Source of the DNA: Oceanispirochaeta sp.
Lineage (GTDB): Bacteria; Spirochaetota; Spirochaetia; DSM-2461
DNA length: 64,000 nucleotides
Assembly: GCA_963666275.2 (NCBI GenBank)
Contig: CAXXOA010000002.1
Coordinates: 1,504,001 to 1,568,000 of the forward strand
Reading direction: 5' to 3'
This document shows positions 59,589 through 64,000 of this stretch, one piece after another. The translations under genes were made by a program, and so were the position numbers. Position 1 is the stretch's first letter. Each line of letters starts with the position of its first letter. Below the pieces are notes generated by a model that was given only the letters and a program-made list of their open reading frames with translations, was not told the origin of the DNA and did no database searches.

Positions 59589-61838
59589 GTGAAAGACAAA
59601 TCTTTTTATCAGATCCTATCCAAACTGGCCGGGAATGTTTCTCTTTTCGAGTCCTACGGGGAAGCTGATAACTTCCTGAAAGAGGCTATCCACAGGCTTA
59701 TGGAAAAAGCCGGTTCTTCTCTGGGGGCAGTCTACCTCTATAATCCCCAGAGTGAGGAACTGGAATTCCGGGTCGGTTATGATAAAAATGATTACTGGGA
59801 TACCCTGAGATGCGGTGACCAGACAGCTCCCAAAAGTTTTTCCCTGGACGGGAATGAGGTGGGACGGGCTTTCAGAGAGGGCTCCAATAAAATCGTCAAA
59901 TCCTCTGAAGAGGACAGCTCTTCCCTGAAGTCAAAAATTATAATTCCTATTGTCAGAGGGCCCGAGAAAATCGGGGTTCTCCTGATTGCCCATGAGGACA
60001 GGGATTTTTTTGATTCCATTAATAATGCGGATCTTATGAGTGCCGTATCTCTGCTGGGGGATATCCTGGTAGAGGCGAATTCGCTTCTGGAGCATTGGAA
60101 GAACAGAAAGAAAATCAAATCCGGCACTCTGCCTGAAAGGATCCAGGGAAAGAAGGCCTCCGGCGGTATTGTTTCCGGTCTGGCTCTGCCTATCTGGGGA
60201 GATATCGATGCGGTTGTTCAGTCTCTGCCTCCCAAAGGTTCAGTGCTTGAAGAAAAAGCTCTTTTTGAACAGGCCCTTGCCCAGTCCCGGAAGCAGCTGG
60301 AAGAGTTTCAGGATGGAGCGGATCCGGACAGTGAAAGTATGGTCTCTCTTATTTTCACAGCCCAGATCTATATGCTCAAGGATCAGAGTTTTACAGGAAA
60401 GATCCTGACCCTTATTGAGTCGGGAAGTTCTGCTGCTGTGGCGGTAAAAACTGTTGTCAATGAATATGCCGCCCTGTTTTCCGGAATGGATGATGCCAGA
60501 CTGGCGGAGAAAGCTCAGGATGTGAGAGATCTGGGATACCGGATTGTAACCAATATGGGCAAGATGAAGAACAGGGATTTCAGTTATGAGAATAGAATCA
60601 TACTGTCCCGTCATATCTACCCTTCCGATCTCTACAGGCTTGCGGTGGAAGGAGCCTCCGGCCTTGTTCTGAAAGGATCAGGCGTCACCGCCCATATTTC
60701 CATTCTTGCCAGATCTCTGAAGCTGCCTGTTATCATTTCAGAAGACAATTCGTTTCTGCAGATTCCCGCGGGGACACCTCTGCTGCTGGATGCCGACAGA
60801 GGGCTTCTTCTTGTAAATCCTTCGGAAGAAAAACTGGCAGACCTGTCCCATAAGAAGAGCCTTGATAAGCAGCATGGCGCCTATACTCTCAAAGGACAGT
60901 CGGCCGATGGAATTCCAGTGGCCGTTATGGCCAATATCAATATTTACAAGGACGCCCAGGAAGCGGTTGTTCAGGGGGCCGAAGGGATCGGATTATACAG
61001 AAGTGAGTTTCCCTTCATCGTCAAAAATGATTTTCTTTCCGAAGAACAGCAGTTCCGTATCTACAGATCCATTGTCAAAACCCAGGGAAAGAAACCTGTG
61101 ATTCTCCGGACCGCCGATATCGGAGGGGATAAACTCCTCAAAGGCCGGGAGGGAGATGAAAGCAATCCCTTCCTGGGTGTGAGGGGGATACGGTTTTCTC
61201 TGTCTCACCGTGAAATGTTCCGGGACCAGATCAGGGCTATGCTGAGAGCGGGGTACGAGTCAGACCTGCATATACTTCTGCCCATGGTCACAGACGTGGA
61301 TGAAATCATCCAGGCCCGGGAGGAAATTGCCTTCTGCAGCCGTCAGCTGGAACGCAGGGGGGATCCTTTCAATATGTATCCGAAACTGGGGGCTATGATA
61401 GAGCTTCCCTCGGCAGCTATGGGTGTGCGGGAGATTGCCATTGAAACGGACTTTCTCTCCATCGGAACGAACGACCTGACCATGTATCTTCTGGCAGTGG
61501 ACAGAACCAATGAAAACCTCAGTCATCTCTACAGCAGTCATCATCCTACAGTTCTGAAGATGCTGGCCACCATAGCGGAGGATGCGGGTGATAAGAGAGG
61601 GCAGATTTCCGTTTGCGGTGATGCCGCCTCGGATCCCGTGATGATTCCCTTTTTTATGGGGCTGGGAATCCGGAAACTCAGTGTCTCGCCTGAACAGATT
61701 GAAACTGTCAAACAGTCCATCAGAAAATATACCATGGAGGATGCCCGGCAGATCACCGGGGAGATGCTCCAGATACGCCGTCTTCCCCAGGTGAAAGAGT
61801 ATATTGCTTCCTTTTCTTCTGAAAAATCAGATAACTGA
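59589..61838 (+). CDS. ptsP: GAF-domain PTS enzyme I (PtsP / EI-Ntr-like)
   Basis: N-terminal GAF-like domain (GAVYLYNP...IIIPIVRGPEKIGVL); GVTAHISILARS; GIGLYRSEF; SIGTNDL. Confidence 0.88.
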   Translation: MKDKSFYQILSKLAGNVSLFESYGEADNFLKEAIHRLMEKAGSSLGAVYLYNPQSEELEFRVGYDKNDYWDTLRCGDQTAPKSFSLDGNEVGRAFREGSNKIVKSSEEDSSSLKSKIIIPIVRGPEKIGVLLIAHEDRDFFDSINNADLMSAVSLLGDILVEANSLLEHWKNRKKIKSGTLPERIQGKKASGGIVSGLALPIWGDIDAVVQSLPPKGSVLEEKALFEQALAQSRKQLEEFQDGADPDSESMVSLIFTAQIYMLKDQSFTGKILTLIESGSSAAVAVKTVVNEYAALFSGMDDARLAEKAQDVRDLGYRIVTNMGKMKNRDFSYENRIILSRHIYPSDLYRLAVEGASGLVLKGSGVTAHISILARSLKLPVIISEDNSFLQIPAGTPLLLDADRGLLLVNPSEEKLADLSHKKSLDKQHGAYTLKGQSADGIPVAVMANINIYKDAQEAVVQGAEGIGLYRSEFPFIVKNDFLSEEQQFRIYRSIVKTQGKKPVILRTADIGGDKLLKGREGDESNPFLGVRGIRFSLSHREMFRDQIRAMLRAGYESDLHILLPMVTDVDEIIQAREEIAFCSRQLERRGDPFNMYPKLGAMIELPSAAMGVREIAIETDFLSIGTNDLTMYLLAVDRTNENLSHLYSSHHPTVLKMLATIAEDAGDKRGQISVCGDAASDPVMIPFFMGLGIRKLSVSPEQIETVKQSIRKYTMEDARQITGEMLQIRRLPQVKEYIASFSSEKSDN

Positions 61839-61926
61839 GAATTTCTCTGACATAAACTGCTGATCCCGGTGTTTAATAGAAAGCAGGGAATCTGTTCCTG
61901 TGCATTATTGAAAGGGAGGTGTCGTT

Positions 61927-62403
61927 ATGAAAACTGCCATAGCGTATTATTCAAAAAAAGGATTCGTAGAGGAAGCCGCCCGGAGACTGGCGGATTCACT
62001 GGGAAATTCGGCCTCACTGTGGGATATCCATTCGGGGAAGGGTACTGCTCTGGAAGAGGCGGATGTGGTCGTTCTGGCTTCTTCGGTCCATGCGGGACAT
62101 TTTTCAGGGAAATTCAGGAAAACCTGCCGGAAGTGGATTCCTCTTCTGGAGAACCGAAAAGTCGTTCTTCTGGTTGGCGGCCTGGATGATAAAGAGTATG
62201 TCTCGACGGTGGAAAAAAATCTCTCCAGAGAGCTTTCAGACAGAATCTGGAAGATAGTCTATGCAGGGGGGCGTTACATTCCGGAGAATCACGGGCCTTT
62301 TATCAGGAAGCTCATGGCAAAAATCAATCAGTCAGAAGGACCGATCCATAAAGAGAAATGGGAGAATCTGGAGGCGCTGGCGGGAGAGATCAAGTCTCTG
62401 TGA
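61927..62403 (+). CDS. Flavodoxin-domain protein (HemG-like)
   Basis: IAYYSKKGFV FMN-loop-like start; VVLASSVHAG; YAGGRY. Confidence 0.8.
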   Translation: MKTAIAYYSKKGFVEEAARRLADSLGNSASLWDIHSGKGTALEEADVVVLASSVHAGHFSGKFRKTCRKWIPLLENRKVVLLVGGLDDKEYVSTVEKNLSRELSDRIWKIVYAGGRYIPENHGPFIRKLMAKINQSEGPIHKEKWENLEALAGEIKSL

Positions 62404-62480
62404 TTGAAAAAATTATATAATATTATAAAAATAGTAATATATTATGGAAATTCCGGGAAAGATGAATATGCTTTAGAAGT

Positions 62481-62861
62481 ATGAAAAAGATTACCTTAAT
62501 AGTTCTAATTAGTATTTTGTTTACAGCGGCTCTTGCAGCAATTGACATACCCGAGAATGTAGACCTTTCCAATCAGCCTGCAGGTGTAAAAACAATCGAG
62601 GCTTCCAACAGGGGGTTTACCTTTTATCCCTCAACCATCACGGTGAAAAAAGGGGATACCATACGGCTGACCTATACCAACGGCGGAGGTTACCATGACT
62701 GGGTTATTGATGAGTTTGGAGCCGCCACAAATCAGATCTCCGGCGGAAAGTCAGAGACCATCGAGTTTACAGTGGATCAGACCGGAACATTCGAGTTCTA
62801 CTGCAGCGTGGGAAACCATCGTAAGCAGGGAATGTTCGGTAAGCTGATTGTGGTTGACTGA
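62481..62861 (+). CDS. Secreted cupredoxin (type-1 copper ligand set)
   Basis: Signal peptide; GYHDW and YCSVGNHRKQGM (His, Cys, His, Met). Confidence 0.9.
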   Translation: MKKITLIVLISILFTAALAAIDIPENVDLSNQPAGVKTIEASNRGFTFYPSTITVKKGDTIRLTYTNGGGYHDWVIDEFGAATNQISGGKSETIEFTVDQTGTFEFYCSVGNHRKQGMFGKLIVVD

Positions 62862-62886
62862 GTTAGCCTCTTTTTTCCCTCTTGTT

Positions 62887-62919
62887 AAAACCTGCAGTTC
62901 TTGGCTGCAGGTTTTTTTT
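62887..62919 (+). terminator. Intrinsic terminator after the cupredoxin gene
   Basis: AAAACCTGCAG-loop-CTGCAGGTTTTTTTT. Confidence 0.85.
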
Positions 62920-62978
62920 GCTTTTCATAGGACCGGTTCTGTTATACTTTATGGTACGCTGCAGGAGGTGAGCCGTCT

Positions 62979-63623
62979 ATGTTTCTGGGAAAAACAAAAA
63001 CTCTTGAAAATGAGATCGATAAGTTTCTGGGGAAAATCCAGGATATCAATCAGATGTCCTATGATGCCATAACAGAATATCTGAAAGAAGATACAGTGCA
63101 TTTTGAGAATCATGTAGAGAGGGTCCGGACTCTGGAGAAGGAGATTGATGATCTGAGGATATCCATTGAACACTCCCTGTACGGCGGTATGCTGATACCT
63201 GAATCCCGGGGTGATATCCTGGGTATACTGGAGTCTCTGGATGATGTGGCAGACTCGGCAAAGGAAGTCACTGTCTCTCTGGATATTGAAAAACCCGGGT
63301 TTCCCGATTTTCTGAAACAGGGATTTCTGAAAATGGCCCTAATGAGCCGGGATTCTGTGGATGAACTGATCCAGGCTGTCCATCTGTTTTTCACCAATTC
63401 AGATCTGACCGGGAGGTTTATCAAGAAGGTCAACTACTATGAACATGAGATTGATCTGATGGAGGAGGATCTGAAGCGTCAGGTTTTTTCCAGTTCAGAA
63501 CTGGACTGGCTGAGCCATAAGATCCATCTGCGCTACTTTATAGAGAAGCTGGCCGAGATTTCCGATGGCGCCGAGTCGGTCAGTCAGCGGCTGATCCTGT
63601 CTACCATGAAACGGAGCATCTGA
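62979..63623 (+). CDS. DUF47 / PhoU-like phosphate transport regulator
   Basis: LEKEIDDLR...RGDILGILESLDDVAD; YEHEIDLME; precedes a PiT gene. Confidence 0.88.
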   Translation: MFLGKTKTLENEIDKFLGKIQDINQMSYDAITEYLKEDTVHFENHVERVRTLEKEIDDLRISIEHSLYGGMLIPESRGDILGILESLDDVADSAKEVTVSLDIEKPGFPDFLKQGFLKMALMSRDSVDELIQAVHLFFTNSDLTGRFIKKVNYYEHEIDLMEEDLKRQVFSSSELDWLSHKIHLRYFIEKLAEISDGAESVSQRLILSTMKRSI

Positions 63624-63630
63624 GGCCTAT

Positions 63631-64000
63631 ATGATCAATCTGCTTTTTTATCTGTCCAGCGGACTGTTTCTGGGATGGTCTCTGGGAGCCAATGACGCGG
63701 CTAATGTGTTCGGTACGGCTGTGGGATCCCGAATGGTCCGGTTTAAAGTGGCCGCCGCCATATGCAGTGTTGCCCTGATCATCGGAGCCATCGCCGGAGG
63801 AGCCGGTGCCAGTCACACTCTGGGAAAGCTGGGGGCTGTCAGTGCCCTCCCCGGAGCCTTCACGGTTGCCCTATCCGCGGCTGTGTCTGTTTTTTTCATG
63901 ACCAAAACGGGGCTTCCCGTGTCCACCTCCCAGGCGATTGTCGGGGGGATCATAGGGTGGAACCTTTTTGCAGGTCTTCCCACAGATCCGGAAGCCTTCA
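63631..64000 (+). CDS. PiT-family inorganic phosphate transporter, 5' part (runs off window)
   Basis: Manual translation MINLLFYLSSGLFLGWSLGANDAANVFGTAVGS...GLPVSTSQAIVGG. Confidence 0.92.
   Translation, partial: MINLLFYLSSGLFLGWSLGANDAANVFGTAVGSRMVRFKVAAAICSVALIIGAIAGGAGASHTLGKLGAVSALPGAFTVALSAAVSVFFMTKTGLPVSTSQAIVGGIIGWNLFAGLPTDPEAF

Noticed and set aside
61869..62189. 106-aa Cys/Gly-rich ORF as an extra metal-binding protein
   Set aside because: Off-frame overlap with the flavodoxin-like gene, which has a strong SD and clear motifs
55731..64000. Post-rRNA region as a genomic island or mobile element
   Set aside because: No integrase, transposase or att-like repeats seen; composition looks like the rest of the window by eye

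Overview
Core-genome window from a spirochaete (Spirochaetaceae-like; inferred from 16S signatures, gene order and spirochaete-type proteins). 1-21.3 kb holds the 3' part of rpoB, then rpoC, rpsL-rpsG, tuf and the S10-spc-alpha ribosomal cluster; fusA, adk, map, infA and rpsD are absent from it. 21.4-50.1 kb holds an acidic-repeat membrane protein, rny-ymdB-tlyA, a GerMN protein, ptsI-der, a secreted Cys/His protein, exbB-exbD-tonB-like genes, a HAD hydrolase, a large coiled-coil protein, an AraC-like protein, grpE-dnaK-dnaJ, a Ser/Thr kinase, a CBM9-like protein, dtd, ridA and pyrG. 50.3-55.7 kb is a full rRNA operon (16S, tRNA-Ala, 23S, 5S). 55.8-64 kb holds the most interesting locus: an Rrf2-led five-gene operon encoding a signal-less solute-binding protein, a Cys-rich HypB/UreG-like GTPase, an ABC ATPase with no permease and a small HypA-like Cys protein. 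It looks more like a cytoplasmic metal/Fe-S handling system than a transporter. It is followed by a GAF-enzyme I, a flavodoxin-like protein, a cupredoxin, DUF47 and a PiT transporter. Also noted: a candidate ~130-nt structured RNA at 35.65-35.78 kb, a five-hairpin spacer where fusA would normally sit, and a recurring leaderless-promoter pattern. No mobile elements or CRISPR arrays were seen. All family calls are by eye from motifs; no database searches were run.
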